The notes: generated by a model not told the origin, from the letters alone. Positions 36,689 to 61,400 are shown, numbered from the stretch's first letter. The stretch is 64,000 nucleotides of DNA from Ylistrum balloti (GCF_031769215.1 NW_026782124.1:620001-684000), one strand, 5' to 3'. Program-made: numbers and translations.

Positions 36689-39600
36689 TGTCTCTAATTT
36701 ATATGTCAGAAAAAATGCACTCATGGTGGTCATCACATATTTAGATGTTATATAACCCAATTGAACAGTTTTACAACCGCTTAGATTTTTTTGCTTATTT
36801 TAATACAACTATTAAAAATGCTTGGAGGTATGAAGAACAAAAGCTACAAATGACATTGGTCAAAGGGAGATAAGCACCTCAAACAAGTTGATGGCTGAAC
36901 TCGTACAGAAATGTTTTGTAAATAAATACCTATGGATATGTATGTTTTTATTGTGGTGTTCATTGAAGGTTTTTTTTTTTTTTTTTTTAAAGATTTTGAT
37001 ATCAATTGCAGTACACCACATTATTTTAAGAAATTTTCAAACGAAATATCAAGATAGAAAATTATTCCAGCAATATATTTTATTTAGTAAACATACATTC
37101 TGTTATGGTTTCTTGAGATATCAAATACTTTTTCAGTGTATTGGTTAACTAGAAAGTGGGAAAAGTTAAAACGTTTTGTAAATGTTTCCAGTGTTCCCCA
37201 TGTCTAGAACTGTTTCCATAGTATTTGTAGATTGTGTTTACGTGGGTACAACCCAGTATCAATTTTAGACTTTTCTTCCTGTGATATACTCATTTTAATC
37301 TTAATATGGTTATCAGGGTCACAGTATCTACATGTTTATTGCTATTATAAAAAACACACTTGTCTGTCAAAATATTAAAGTACATACAGTTATCATACTA
37401 ACTACTGTAAACATTTTAAGGCCATATAAAATCAACTTTTTAGTTTTTCAGGCTAATTTTTCAAGAAAATAAATCATAGATATTTGATTTTAGGTTTGCT
37501 TAACTGTCAACCACATTTTCCTGATGTGGCAGAGATTTGAAGATATCTTATTCTTAACTTTGATTTCAGCAAATAATATTCCATGGCAAATATGTTATGC
37601 TGAATGCCAGTTAATTGTGATGATATTTTGATAGCAAAAGTTACAAATTATGGACAAATAGAGAAATCTCTTAATCGTTACCTATAATATTTGACCCAGT
37701 GTTGAAAACCATCCTAGATTATCAAGATATTTTGTGATAAGATTTGTGTTACACTAATATAATAACCATTAACTTGTACAAGCAGAGAATTAAAATGCAT
37801 CTGTGCCTGGAACCACAGCAAAAAAAGAAAAATTTTGGTCTTAATGTTGAAAAATTATTATAGCTTTTAATTATATTAAGTCAGTGCTCTTCTGCTGTAC
37901 TTCTACTACTTGTTTTACCTTTATTACTTCATCACAGAGTTTGCATCAGTATAGGGATATGAGATGGTGTGTGCATGCATATGACCAAGCATTAAATTGT
38001 GTGTTGGAGATTTAGAAATATAAAGACACATTGAGTACTATAAACCGTCTTTCTTTCGACATTTAAATTTCAGGATCACAAGGAATATGATGTACTTTAA
38101 TCAATTGTTATTTATTATCCCTGACTTAATGCAGTGATTAACTTTCAAGAACAAGAGGAATTCATCTGTTCGGAGAAATCCATCACCATGTGTATCGGTG
38201 ATTGATCATGAACTGTATCCCTGATTCACATGATACGAGTGCATCATTATACAATAAAAATCCTATATTTTCATAGGGCTTGGTTTTCATTGTTTTCAAA
38301 ATTTTGCTATTTCCTGACCCAGAGATCACAAAATGATTTTAAACTTCTAAAATTTTAGCCTGAAAGATTATTTCATTACAGTGGGGGCACCTAACTTCAT
38401 GTATAGATATAGCTAAATATATCGACTACAATGTATTACATATTTTAACAGTTTGTGGACATTTGAATTCATGTCCTAAAAGTACCCACAAAATGGATAA
38501 ATAAATCCCCAAGAAAATTAGCAATTTTACAGTAAGTGACTTTATTTAATCTGTTTATTTGTGATACATTTGGGAGGACCACATCAGTACATTTAACATT
38601 TCAAAACACCATTCATTTTTGTTGTAATTGTTATTGGCTTTTTTAAAAATGTAATTTGAGAAATTTTAATTTTAGTTATAGGCCACGATAAAATGTTTTC
38701 CTAAACCCACCAAACGTGAGAGAAAATAATGAAAAAATTCCATTGAAATAAAATTTTCTACGTTTTTGAATATTGGAAATTCTACTTGTGTTGTTTTTGT
38801 CTGATTTTGATTTGCTTTTGAACATAAGCATAGGAGATGCTGACATGTGACAATGTCATACCGTATTTACAAAGCAAAATTAAAATATTTATAGAGCTGG
38901 GTTTAGGTTAACACATGTTTTATAGGTACAGTTGTACTGGCCTTGGATCAATGCATGTGTTATCTTTTATCTGTACTGATATTTGACCAGAGTATTTAGC
39001 CTATATTCCCTAGAGGAACAGATTACACAATAGAATCACTATCATACATATATAATTATATTTACACAATTTTATGTAAACTTTTGTTAATATTTACAAT
39101 ATTAAATCAGATTTTTTTTGTCAATTTTTTTTTATTGTAAACCACCATATTTACTTTATTTCATTGTATGTGTATCATATACCTGTATTTATTTTCAAGA
39201 GATATGTACAAGTATTTCATTTTTACTTATCTGTTCAAAAGGACCGATGAGCTTATACCATGGCATGGAATCAGTTGTCTGTTTGTCATCCAGGCAAAAG
39301 GCTTCTCTCTGTCTACATTTTCTAAAAATCACTAGTCCTAAATTAAAGGACTGAGTGGATTTTGACCAAATTTAGTCAGGGCCCATTGTTGGAAATTTAA
39401 CAAATTCTGTAAATTCCTTCTTTCTCTGTAAAAATGATTGATTTTTTCCAAATTTGGTCTGAAACATCCTTTGGTGAAAAAACCCAATTTTGAAAAAATT
39501 GTGGATCATGGCCTTCTGGAGCCTCTTGGGCAGGGCCCAAAATAGATTCAAGTGTATATATCTAAATTTTTTATAACCTTCTTCTGTTGCAATGAAATTA

Positions 39601-40747
39601 TTTTGACAAAATCTGTAAAGGGAACTCAGTTTTCTTTAGATCTTGTGTCTTCAGAAGGGCAGGGCCCACTAAAGGAACTTATGGGACGACAAACTCACAA
39701 CACAGGGTTTCCAAAGTTGGAGGTTGATTAACATTATGGGGAAGTTTTATGGTTGTCATTATAATCTCATAGGGAAATATAATTTCTTTGTGCAATATGA
39801 AGCTGGACATGTTTGCTGCTCATTAGTTTGCCTGTTAATTCCATTGTTGTTTACCTTGTTCTCATTTGGTAGCACGACATTTCTTGCTTGGATTGACCAA
39901 GATTAGAAGACATTTACTTTTCAGGAGCACCTTATCTGATTCTTCTAGTACTTTTTCAGGAGCCTCCTTGTAAGTCTTTCTTTCGTTCACATTTTGCAAT
40001 AGTTTTATTGAATTTGAGTTTGGATTATGTTTCTATTCACATATTGGTATTTTTTCTCTTTTTGAAAGTGATTTGTCAAAATCCAATTAGAAGTTTTATG
40101 GGAAAAATGTAACGATATAATAGTGAATGGTTTGAAGTAAAAGAGATATGAAGTGATCCAGTCCTCTTGTATTTTTATAACATGATTTTGTGAAATACAT
40201 CTTGCATATATACATGTGTATACTCATGTAAAAGTATAAAAATCCAGATATATTCAGTAACTACAAAGTACCGTATTAGTGTTTTTCCCCTTTCGTGTAT
40301 ACCGAATGATAATGTTTTCTGAAATGACATTTTTCCCATTTACTGAAAAATTGCAATTTTCAATTCTTTTATTTCCTAAACTCAAAAAATATTCATTTGA
40401 TGTGTCTGATTTCATCATTAGTTTGAAACTTATCCTGGAAAAATAGTTTTATAAAGCTCATCTATTAAAGAGTATGAGACTAGTCTGTCTCAGGAGGTTT
40501 TGGGTAGAAAACATGCAATACATTTGTGCCTGCATCCCAGAACTTGGAAGTTAAGAACTTGTGTAGATATTATTGGTATGCACTAGAAAGAATGGAACAA
40601 TGATATTTAAGTGTAATGAATCGAGAACGTCTTTATGCTAGACTAATCAAGTTAGGAGTTTTCAGTTACAAGAACAATGTGATTCATCCGGGACGTTTTA
40701 CTTTGTTATGGTATCATGAGAGGATACATACTTCATAATGATTTAGT

Positions 40748-41335
40748 GGGACTGGACAGGGTGGTTTGTCTGCTCTGTCTCTGTTACACAGGGACAGGAT
40801 ATATTCTGTACATGTAGTGGAACTGGACAGGGTGATTTGTCTGCTCTGTCTCTGTTACACAGGGACAGGATATATTCTGTATATGTAGTGGAACTGGACA
40901 GGGTGATTTGCCTGCTCGGTTTTCGTCACTGTTAACACAGGGACAGGATATATTCTGTACATGTAGTGGAACTGGACAGGGTGGTTTGTCTGCTCTGTCT
41001 CTGTTACACAGGGACAGGATATATTCTGTATATGTAGTGGAACATGACAGGGTGGTTTGTCTGCTCTGTTTTCGTCACTGTTACACAGGGACAGGATATA
41101 TTCTATACATGTATTGTAACTGGACAGGGTGGTTTGTCTGCTCTGTCTCTGTTACACAGGGACAGGATATATTCTGTACATGTAGTGGAACTGGACAGGG
41201 TGGTTTGTCTGCTCTGTCTCTGTTACACAGGGACAGGTATATTCTGTACATGTAGTGGAACTGGACAGGGTGATTTGTCTGCTCTGTTTTCGTCACTGTT
41301 ATACAGGGACTGGATATATTCTGTACGTGTAGTGA
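40748..41335. repeat. 71/78-bp minisatellite, about 8 copies
   Basis: Unit ggaactggacagggtggtttgtctgctctgtctctgttacacagggacaggatatattctgtacatgtagt. Confidence 0.95.
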
Positions 41336-44300
41336 TCTAGGTCCACTATCTAGCCAGTATATTAGGGAACTATTAAATCTTTTTCTATATCAGAGTGATG
41401 TTTTTTATCTTGCAATCCAGCCATCTTTGATTGATTGGAATGAACATGGCTTTGATACCTTCAGGTTTGGTGACCTTTTGACACTGCATAAAACATTTGT
41501 ATCTTGTATGGTCTAGTTTATTGGTTAACTTTTGGGTCTGGACTGAGATTGAGCTATGGTAAAATGTGACAGAATAAGAACTTTGCTAGTCTGCTATTTT
41601 AAGTACAGGATGACCAGCTTTAACATAGCTAGTGGTTTTGTGTATCCGTCCATGAAATGTCATACTATCCCAATGTGTTTTATGTGAACATGTTGCACCT
41701 TACCTCTGTTGAAACTAGTCCAAGGTGATGATTGATAAATATTTGTATCCTATATGACTAGTTCACTTTGATTGCTGTCTCTTTATTACAAGTTTCCAAT
41801 ACTCTAATTATCAAACCAGGTTACACATAACGTTTTTCTCTATATCATGACTTGTGATCAGAATAATTGTACTCATCACAAAAATTTGATATCGTACATC
41901 TCTAATATCAAAAGATATAAACTTCTTAATAGATATAATTTTTTTTATTTATTTATGTTTTTTTATTTGGTATTTCGCCAGTAATAAGTCCATGCTTGGT
42001 AATAAGCCCATCAAAAACCATTGCCATTTTTAGTAGGAATTACATCAATCATGGGCTTGTAGTATGCTTTTCACTGTTATGAAGTACTGAGGCACATAAA
42101 AATGTGTCTGAAGAAGTAATGTCAACTTCCTGTTGATGCTATGAACAAGAATACGTCTGTGTGTTAGAAAAAGATAAATTTATCTAGTCTCTTGATCACA
42201 TGGTTTAATATTTTTGAATCTTTTTCCATTCATTTTTTATAAAATCCAAGTGATTAACTCACATATATCTGTATTAAGTTCTAATACACTTTAGGGTTAT
42301 TTCAATGTTGCTTCAATAAACATATTACAGGAGATATTGAAGGGGTTAGTAGAATCTAAATCAGTTTATTCTGCTAAATTCTTATAAGTGATCGTAATTG
42401 AGACTGTAAACTTGCAGGGTGTGAAGTAATATTAGATAGGAGAAATCAAATCTAACTTTTTTACCATTTCCTTCAGGAATTTTATACATAAAAGCTCTCA
42501 AATTTGAAAATTATCATTTGTTCAGTTTACAATGAACAATTGTAGTTGGCTTATATGGAAATTCATGTGAAGGCTAAAGGTCATTGATATCAGTCAGTTG
42601 TGATTATATGAAGGTGATTGTATTCATTTAAATTTGTATTGTAAATATAAATTATATCAGTATCATCACAACTTGGTGTGTTAATGAAGATCCCTATATT
42701 TCAAACAGAAAAATATATATATATGTTTATGTTTAAAATGGGAACAGTGATTAACTTCAGTCTGAATTACACAGGCACCAATAAAATCCAGTCTGGTAAT
42801 CTTGTTTCCTACAATCAAGTGTTATTTATACCTGTAGTAATATCTAAGTTCCTTATTCATGTGTGTATAATGTAGAAATTGGTGGTGATATGTTGTGTCG
42901 TGTTATATAATCAAGTATTAATATTCCATGTAAGGCTTGTGACCATGTTATTAAATTTCTGAATTCTGTAAAGATGATTATAGTTAAAATATTCTCACTG
43001 CTGGATAGTTAAATAGGAATCAGAGGAAAATTAGTTCAGTTTTTTTATAGTTAAAGTATAAGATACACTTCAACTAATGGTTCTTGATATAACATACAAA
43101 TGGGGGTCACAAATCTTACTTAAATACATCTATGGTCACATGTAAATTATTAAAAACATAGATTGAGTTTGGTGGGATGGAGTGATATAACATGGATTTG
43201 TGGACACCCCTGACTTATCTATGGTAATATATATATTGTTACATGTTGTATGATAACTGGTGTGATATTCAGGTTACTTTATCAATGTACACTGTTCTGA
43301 TATCTATGAAGAGATTAGTTTGTAATTTTTTTTTCAGATCTGTCATATTATTTAATTTCTTGTCAGTATTCATAACAATTTCCCCCTTATATCCTCGCAC
43401 ATTTCATTTTAAATTTATCTTGTTGATATGTTTTCAGTAACACTGCTTGCTACAATACTTGACATATCTTAAAACACCACATAACGTAAAATTAAAAAAA
43501 TATTTAAAAACATTTTTTTTTAGAAAAAATGAAATATACATTGCTGCTTCTCAGAGACTGAAGTGTTAGCCGAAGTGCTTGCTTCTAGGAGAATCTTGTA
43601 AATTACATGTTGGTGTATTTTCAAGATTTTAGATTACAAGATGCTGTTTGCAGTGCATGTATAAAAATATTGATGAAATTAAATGTGACATTTTGTACAT
43701 GTTTTTATTAAGATATTTAAGTGTTCCAAAATGCCTTGTTTGGTGTAAAAAAAAGAAGTTGAAATGCAGATAAAATTTGTGTCATGGTCACCTGTAATTG
43801 TATTGTTTGAAAAATAAATTTGATTTCAATGAGGATTAAAACATCTATTGTGTTATTTTTTGCTCAATTGAGGTCAAGGCTGATGAGATGTCGCCAAAGC
43901 AACTTATCTTTTATACCTCAAACATCATGACTAACATGCAATCTGTGAGTAGACCATATATTTTGATAATGTTTATCCATATTAATTCAGAAATACCAGG
44001 TAATCCTGTCCCTGATGATATGCCGTCTCATATTATTAACAGATATTGCTGTTTAATAGCATCACCAACATATACCATTTCAATGGCCTCTTATAAACCC
44101 ATTCTCTGAATTTCAGTGTGGAGCAATATATTGGCCTACTGGACATATTACTCGGTAATATGCCCTCTCCTTCAATTTAAATGTGAATATATTTGCCCAC
44201 TGGTGTTATTCTGTAATAGTTCCACTCAGTTTGAGTATGAAGTATAATGTTCACCCAATGGGCTTATTAAGCCCTCTCCATCCATTTGAGTTAAATCACA

Positions 44301-46039
44301 AATTTCCGTGGGGGATTTACTTTTGTTGATTTCATGGGTTTCAAATTCATATATCTACAAACTTAAAATAGATTAAATGACCAGAAAATATCTATAAAAT
44401 CAAGTATCGGAAAAATTATATTGTTTTTGAAAACCTTGAAAATTGAGCCCCACAAAAACGCATGATTTTACAGTATGATATACGTTTGACCAGTTGACTT
44501 ATTGTTCTGTAATAAGCCCAGCCCCTAAATTTGTGTACGAAGTAATGTATGGACTCCATTGGCTTATTGCAATAGCAAATACTCCATTTTTGTGTTACAG
44601 TTTATTCCTTAACCTTACCAATTGTGTTTACATTTGAAGGAACAGAAAACTAGCCATCTGTCATCCATCTGGTACGGTTAAGTTTTCCTTTCAAAGTTGA
44701 ATCCATCTGAAGGGAAAATTTAGTATGCATCAACCATTGAATAAGGGAACAAATCTGTATGTCAGGAAAGTAATGATCTTTTCCAGAGTGCAGTCTGATA
44801 ATCTACATACTGAAAAGAACAATAACTCAGCTGAAGATTTGTAATACAGCAACTGAAGGGACATTAAAGAGGAAATTGAGGCAGAGAATTTAAATTGTCT
44901 AGATGAAATATATGCAATCTGTCTTCCCAATTTTAGCAGACAATTTTCTCCTTATCTGGAATTGTTTTAAAATCAGATATTGGCACCGTAACATTTGATT
45001 GTTTAACTTCAACTTATTTTAGAATTTCAAAAAGATACTGGATAATTCCACTTCAGTCTTATAGCCTTAAATGTTTACAACTCATGATGATGTTTTTTTG
45101 GTGGCTTGGAACGCAAAATAGTCCTTATTTCTGCTAATTTGACTTTGACACGCTTGATTTTATTAGTTCTACTAATATCCTAATATTTTTACACAAGCAA
45201 TTGCTTTTGGGGAAAATAACATGAATACAAAGGGTGGCAAATTTTTAACAAAGGTTATATGAAAATAAATTTTATGAACAGAAATGCATGTTTTTATGAA
45301 GTAACTCCTAATGTGAAAAGCACAGCATGGAACTGGAGATATTTTTAGGCATATATCCAAGAATATTACAAGCATAAACAAATTGAACCTTTTTGAACCA
45401 TACAGTTGTCAGCTGTTCCACCAAATCAAAATAAAACTCAACATTCTGCAGGTTTAAGGTACTGAGAAGACACTTGCTCATCTGAAACAATTGATCCTAT
45501 TCTTGTACCTTTTCTGGAGCCTGTAAATAATAATACTAAGTAAATAATGGACGCAGGCAGAACAAATGCCTCTATATCCATATCTAAAATTATATGTTGA
45601 TCAGGAGATGTTTCCTATAAAAATTCTAAGATTTTCAGTTATTACATAGTATAGACAATGGAATGCTAAATAGCAAAAACATTTTACTATTTAAAAGTTG
45701 AAATGACACTAAAAGTTTCCTCTTTATATATTGTTTCTGGGAAGATGCACAAGTTAACTACTCCAAGGCAGTCCACAGTCTTTCATCCGGTCATAGTTTA
45801 CTCTAATTTGATCAAATTTGTATTTTGATTATGATTCTGTTAACATGTCAGTAATTTATTTGTTGTTTTCGGTAGGAATTGTTTCATCCCAAGATATGTC
45901 AATGCTTATTTCAACACCTGTATTTATGGTTAAATCTGGGCATAGCATTAGACTGTACGGGTCTATTATGCCTCTTTTTCTATCTTTTTTTTTTTTTTGG
46001 TGAGTTATCTACCTTGTCGACCTCTTCAGTACTTTGAAA

Positions 46040-54824
<8,785 letters not shown>

Positions 54825-54963
54825 TAGACTGTTAGATATACAAATACCACAAATGTGACATGTTTTCATCGATGGATACAAAACATGACAATATTTATGG
54901 AAAATGAACTCATCACATCATCAGTGTGATTCCATATTCTTATGATTACATCTAAAGTGTTAC

Positions 54964-54969
54964 AATAAA
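54964..54969 (+). terminator. Likely PSMC6 polyadenylation signal
   Basis: AATAAA 140 nt after the stop codon, followed by U/GU-rich sequence. Confidence 0.6.
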
Positions 54970-57900
54970 GACTTGTACAGATTTCTGTTTTCCACCTTTG
55001 CTTGTGACTTTTTGTGAGGACAAATGGATATATACTTCAAAGTCAGATATCATATATTACTGGCTAAAATATTGATAGAATTTCAAACTATATATGACTC
55101 AGATGGTATGCATTATGAAGGAATTAGGTCATTCCAACTTTCAGCTAAAGAGAGAATTTCACGAGATGATTTCTTTCGTTAAATATATTTTTAACACTGT
55201 ATGGAACTATTAAATGTGCATTACATCTATTATAGCCTTTCAGCTGGTGAGGGATGGAATTTCATATTTATGCCTGAAGGGAGAGCTTGAAGTCCCTGCT
55301 TTGTGTGGCCATCTGTTTGTCCGTCTGTCCATCATAATTTATGTCTGAAGTATATCACAAAAAATTTAAAGAGATTACTCTTAGGTTGATAGCTCTCTAT
55401 AAGGGAAAGTGCAGAGTACAAAAAACCATAGCTGTCTTTTGTATAATTTAGGAGTTATTAAAACTTGGGTGTATGCATTGGTCATACTCAAGAGAATGTC
55501 CAGTATACTAAAGTCAGGGACTGCTACTTCTTGATTACAGAATTATTGCCTTTTGATCAAATTTTGTGTCCAATAAAGTTGTTATTGGGACATTCATCAA
55601 TTTCACTGATACTCTTAGTTTATGGCCAATTAGTGTTTTATTGTTAAGTATTTCTTTATATTCAAGGAAACAGAATCAGCAAAGGTTAGGCTTTCCTATT
55701 GAATTCTTTCAATGTACATCACAACTGGCCAGGAAATATGTCAACATAGGGCTGGCAAATTTATCAACATAATGTTAAGTAGGTTGTATTTGTTGCCCTG
55801 TGATCAGCCAGGTTCATTTTGAGTTGGGCTCTCTTGTGGTAACTGATGGCTACTGAAATACTTGTAGGTGGCTCATCATACCTTTGTAGAGACGACCATG
55901 ACAGCACAGACAAGCCTGTTTCTCAAGCTTTCTGAGTGACACAAATCACCATGAAAGAAAATATTGAACCGTACACCTCAGATTCGTATCTGCAGTTATG
56001 TAGGCCAATCTATCTTGGCTCCACAGTATGTCAAAGTAATGTACAATATATCAGTGCATCGTGTGAAACATTCAATAGCTGGTTTGGTTTTGTCTAAGCA
56101 TGCTACTGAAATGTGACCCTATTGGTGGTTTTCAGATGGTTGTTAAAATTTCTTCAAAAAAAAAACTGGGAAATTTTAACATAACTGTGTAAAAGTCTGT
56201 AATCGACATACAATGTATTTGGTAGCAATGAGAATCAACTTGCTGGTCATCTTATCAGTATGATGACAGTATGATGACAGACAAAAAATTCATTCTTATT
56301 GGACTGTAAAAGACTTTCAACGAAACTGATATATTGGTTCAGAAATGGACCAAACATTAAGAAAAGATTCATCAGAATTTGGGTTGATGATGAGATAAAA
56401 AACAATTTTGTTTTCAGCTTTTATTTTATATTTTCATCATTTTATATTATACGACTAATTTACATCTTCACATCTCAGTGGTTATGGAATGAATAGTTAG
56501 TTGAAACTGATAGAAAGAGAGAAAAAAAAACTATAAAACACTTTCATTTTTGTCACACACACTTAGTACATCAGTACCCATCCAAAATAATTGTCATGAT
56601 TGGGAAGGTAAACCAAATGCAACTTCTAGTAACATCCAATAAAGTTGAGCACTTTAAAGATAAATCATGGGAAATATATACTTAAACTGCAAATACATAT
56701 AATAAATAAAAAAGTTATTTACAAAATGGTGTGACAAATCACATACTTTCCCAGCAACATGATGGTACATAAAAAAAAGAAAAAAAGATTCATGCGCAAA
56801 TGAGTGATTGGAAATATGCAGGACCTGATATACCCGACAAAACCATGGCCTACTGATGTTCATCACTACAATGAGCTGTACCAATTTTACATGACAATGG
56901 CAATTCTGAGGAATTTTCCCAAACCTGGAAAAAATCTTGTGTCTCGAAATATTTCCAAATTATTCAACTGTAGAGACAGTCATATCCATCACTGTGCCAT
57001 GTACACCTAGCAGGTAAAGTGATTCTGGAACTAATTAGATAATCTACCACTAACAATTCTGTCTGTAAGACAAAGAAAAATACACTAAACCCACCAAAAC
57101 TATTGTCTACACACTACAATGAATTTGAGAAAGACAATACTAATGACTTATGGTACTCCAACAGAAAAAGCAAAGCAACAAGGTAAAGTTAAACTGTTCC
57201 CTAATGGTGTATGACAACTTTCACAAACACTATTTAGGAAACATGACACCAATTTACAACTGGTTAAAATCAATTAGGATAAATTTTACAGGAACACTGT
57301 ACAAGTGACATTCTTCTCAAAATCTCAGAAACTACTTGTAAAAAAATATCTGAGCCAAGTTACACAAAAATAGCTTCTATAATATTCTCAGCTGCAGATT
57401 TTCCCAACAAACTTCAAATGACAAATTCAAGAATAGAGATATCCAGAATATTTTAACAAATAAACAGTTGATAGAATTAACTATTACACTTGACAGGAAA
57501 CAAATGAGACTACATACAAAACTAGGATACAAGATAAATTATTGCACAAGATAAATTCAATTGTAGGTGTTCTTCTCATTCATGTATTTTCAATGAAATA
57601 AAATGAAGATGTACAGTTCTTATTGACCCTATACAAATTTTGATTCAATTAAAAATATTGGTTTTCAAATGTAGTACATGCACACAATATGATTTCTATG
57701 TGAAAATGCCAAAAAAATATTTAATGGTCATATCATCAATGGTATTAGCCAGTGTTTAAGATATATTGAAGTTACCTATAATAGGCACTTTATCAAATAA
57801 CTTGTACAAAATTTTTTGCACTGGCCAGAGTTAGGCATTCAGTACAAATATCTCTTTCCTGATGACAGCAGAGTGCTCTTCTGATCAGAGGTTCACAACA

Positions 57901-58422
57901 AAGTACTCTCCTGATCAGAGGTTCCTAGCATTCAGTACACAGAAAAATGTGCTCAACCTCTTGTGAGATACACACATTCTGCATGCAGTACACAGCAGAC
58001 CTCTCATGACCAGAGTCAGACATTTTGTTCTGTACACATCACAATGTCCTCTCCAAATTAAAGTTCGGCAAACACTATCATCACTAACTGGATATACTTG
58101 TCTTGGAGAGCATGGCACATTTTGAATATCGCTTCTTGTGTTCTTAATCAGCTTGGCGCTAAACAGATATCATCTTTAAGATCAGATCGGGTGAGTGCAG
58201 GAAATGTGTCAAGTCTTCTGTTGTTACTAGTTCTCAATTATTACTCAACTCTGTCCAAAACAATTAAAGTACACCAGGCTCTGTTCCCCTGCTCCTAATA
58301 GTAATAGTATACAAGACTCTGCCCCTAACATTTATAGTATACCAAATTCTGCCCTAACAGTTACAGTATACAAGACTCCGCCCAAACATTTATAATATAG
58401 CGGACAAAGTGTTTGTAGACTA

Positions 58423-61400
58423 TCAAGAGGCACTGACGGACTTTGTGATATTTGAAGGAGAAGAAGAATTAGGACGGCCAGCAATCAGTGGAGGTGGTTG
58501 ATGAAGTATCGTTCTTTGGGGAGGAAGTAATCTGCAAAACAAAATGAGATTTTAATATGATGCTAATGCTGTCTGGTTCTAAAAAAACATTTTTCAAGGA
58601 AGTACTGCATATACAGAGCAGGCTATGCAGGTAAAATGATCAGTCTGCAAAATATGTTGAAATTGATTTATTAGACTAGAAAATGAATGGCCCAACACCC
58701 ATGCTGCTGGTTCCACACAGGAATCCTCTCTAACTGGTTCAGACAAGAGAGATGGACATAGGCAACAGTCCTCACTCTTCCATCTAACCCTACAAAATGG
58801 AGGGGACATGAAACTAGCTGACAATACTTTAGATAAATACTGTCAATAAATCCTGTATGATTCATGTACAACATAAATTTCTTCTACATACAATGGGCTA
58901 GAGAAGAGTGATGCATGTTTACCTGGAGTGTTGAGGTACTGATGGCACCCGCAGGCTAACAGATCCCTGAGCTTGTTTGAGGAGAGGTGGAGGAGCAGTA
59001 GAGGAGGCTGAGGTCCCATTTTTGTCATCAGTACTGATACCATTCATTTCTATCTCATTAGAGTCAGTCTCCATCTGAATTAATATGTCAGCAAAATTGG
59101 GTAAATTCATTTTCAAGTATTTCATTATCAGCAAATTGAAAGACAATGTTTGTGGCTTTATTGTTGTCAGGTAAACACTTTTTCAAGAGGCTTTATTTTC
59201 ACCTATTTTTGGACGGTGGAATATCATTTTTAAAAATGGATTCCTTGAGGATGAAATTATTTTACAAAACCATAATTTTATGGATTTTCTGAAAATACAT
59301 TCTTTTGAAATAAAAAAACTGCCTTTCTGATTTACAAAATTTAAAAAAATAATAAAGATTTAAATGTCTGGGATTAATGTAAATATATTCACAAAAACAT
59401 TCAGTTATAGTGTGCACAAAACGTCTTTCACCTTTTCCTCTTCTTTTGTCTCTTCCTCATCCTTCGTATTGTCTGTCCCATGTTCTGCTTCATACTCTGC
59501 CAGCACTTCATCTAAATTATATCGTCGTCTAAAGTTTACAAAGAAACTTCGTACATGAGCTTCTGTCTTGTTTCCTATCACCTCTGCGATAGCCTGAAAG
59601 TCTTTTCCATATTTTCGGACACCTGTAGACAAAACAATTTCACTTTATAACAATTCAGGAAATTACAGTCCCCAAACCCTTCTCAACATGACAGAATCCA
59701 AATACTAAATATCAATTTTGATATGGTCAAAGGTCAAAATGAAGGTTGTAGTGACCTACTTTTGATAAAGCACATTGTCTCACATAGGTACATTGCCTCA
59801 CATTGGGGACCCTTTACACCAAGTATGACATTTCAGTAACAAGTAATGTAGGAGATACAGCCCAGACAAAAGCAGCAGGATGGATGGAAGGACAGATGAA
59901 GGACACAACACAAAATTATAGGTCCCTTCCTTCTGGTTTGGGGCTGTTAAGAGACATCACTGCAGTACATTTTCCTTGTTTTAAATACCTATATGTCTAC
60001 TAACCTTGCACTCCTAGCAATAGCTCCTCATTGGTCCACTTTGCATTAATACGTTGATTACTCTGAAACATAAATTTTGATATAAAACAATCAGTCTATA
60101 AAAAAGTGTATAAAACTACTTGTCAGTACAGAATGCTAATCGGTATTTCAATTATATTCAAACCTTAAGAGGCATATTTACACAAATATTTGCTTCATTA
60201 CTGACACAATACTGGGGGAGGGGGTACTTTTTATTTCAGTTTTAATTTTGTTTACAAAGGATGGAGTGGTTTAATATTTACAAGTTATGAATCACCACCT
60301 CTTTCATGATACAATTAGAAATATTTTGAAAGTTTTTATATCATATGAAACCAAAATCTGAGAGTGTAGTTTACCTCTGGAGGTTTTAGTTCATCTATAC
60401 CACAGGTCAGTTTGTGTTTCTGCATGCTGATTATCTGTTTGTTATTCTGCACCTAAAAGTGTCACAATAAAGACGTGTAAAATTTGCCACATTTTCTTCT
60501 TTGTAGTAATCAATGGATTCAGATATCACTATTTACAGAATAATTGTCACGTTATGTTTTACACAAATAATATACTGTTGAGGTTAAATCATTGACAATT
60601 TGAAAAAAAAAAAAAAAAAAATGTTGCCCTTCTAACGAATTTGACTGCTGAAAATTCAAGAAATCACTCCTAAACCAATATTCCAGGAAATTGTCTCACT
60701 TTTTATGAAGTAAACGGGCCAGATGTACATTCAAAATTGAATTAACCTTTGAGACTTAAAATCTGAGAAGCCATCATCTACAATAAAACAATGCCCCTTA
60801 TCCCACCTATATGTACTACTATTTTAAAGAGTTACCAACAAACAGCATTACATTGCCCTTCATCAAACACGACCCCTCCCGAGTCACAGGTAATGTGTTG
60901 GCCTCCTGAGTTGTTTGCATGATAATAAGGTACATCGCAAACCTGAGCAAATGCCTCTAGTGTGGTTCAGCTTTCTCAAGAAAGGAATGGGATAACTTCA
61001 ATACTTGTGACAAAATTTTCACTGAAAATGATATTAATATGAAACACGATACCAGTTGACATGGTATTATTCAACAAGCATTACACTGACCATAGAGTGC
61101 AAAGCACACTGTTCATTTTGCCTAAGCCTGTGATAATTTGATCAAGGGATTTACCTGTCGCTTGATTGAAACTAGTTCTGTGTCCAATGCTTTGAGCAGT
61201 GCTTCAGCCTGACCAGACAAACCACTTCCTACCAGCTGTAAATCCTCGGTGTTGATGTGCATTCCGCGTGGAGGTTTCCGTTTGTGTTTCATGGGATTGT
61301 GTCGACTGTGGCCATGGTCATGTCGTTTTGACCTGATCACACCGGTTCTCCTGTATAAACCATAACCATATTTGTAGCAAGCAAAATACCAAGATAAACA

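Noticed and set aside
40908-41340. Cys-rich ORFs of 71-115 aa
   Set aside because: Translations of the 71-bp minisatellite.
46000-46029. 30-nt 5' UTR intron (GTGAGT...ttcag) before PSMC6
   Set aside because: Too short for typical spliceosomal removal; no other support.
57859-57915. C/D-box-like TGATGA...CTGA...CTGA
   Set aside because: Antisense to the RCOR 3' UTR, no C' box, and explained by a short local duplication.
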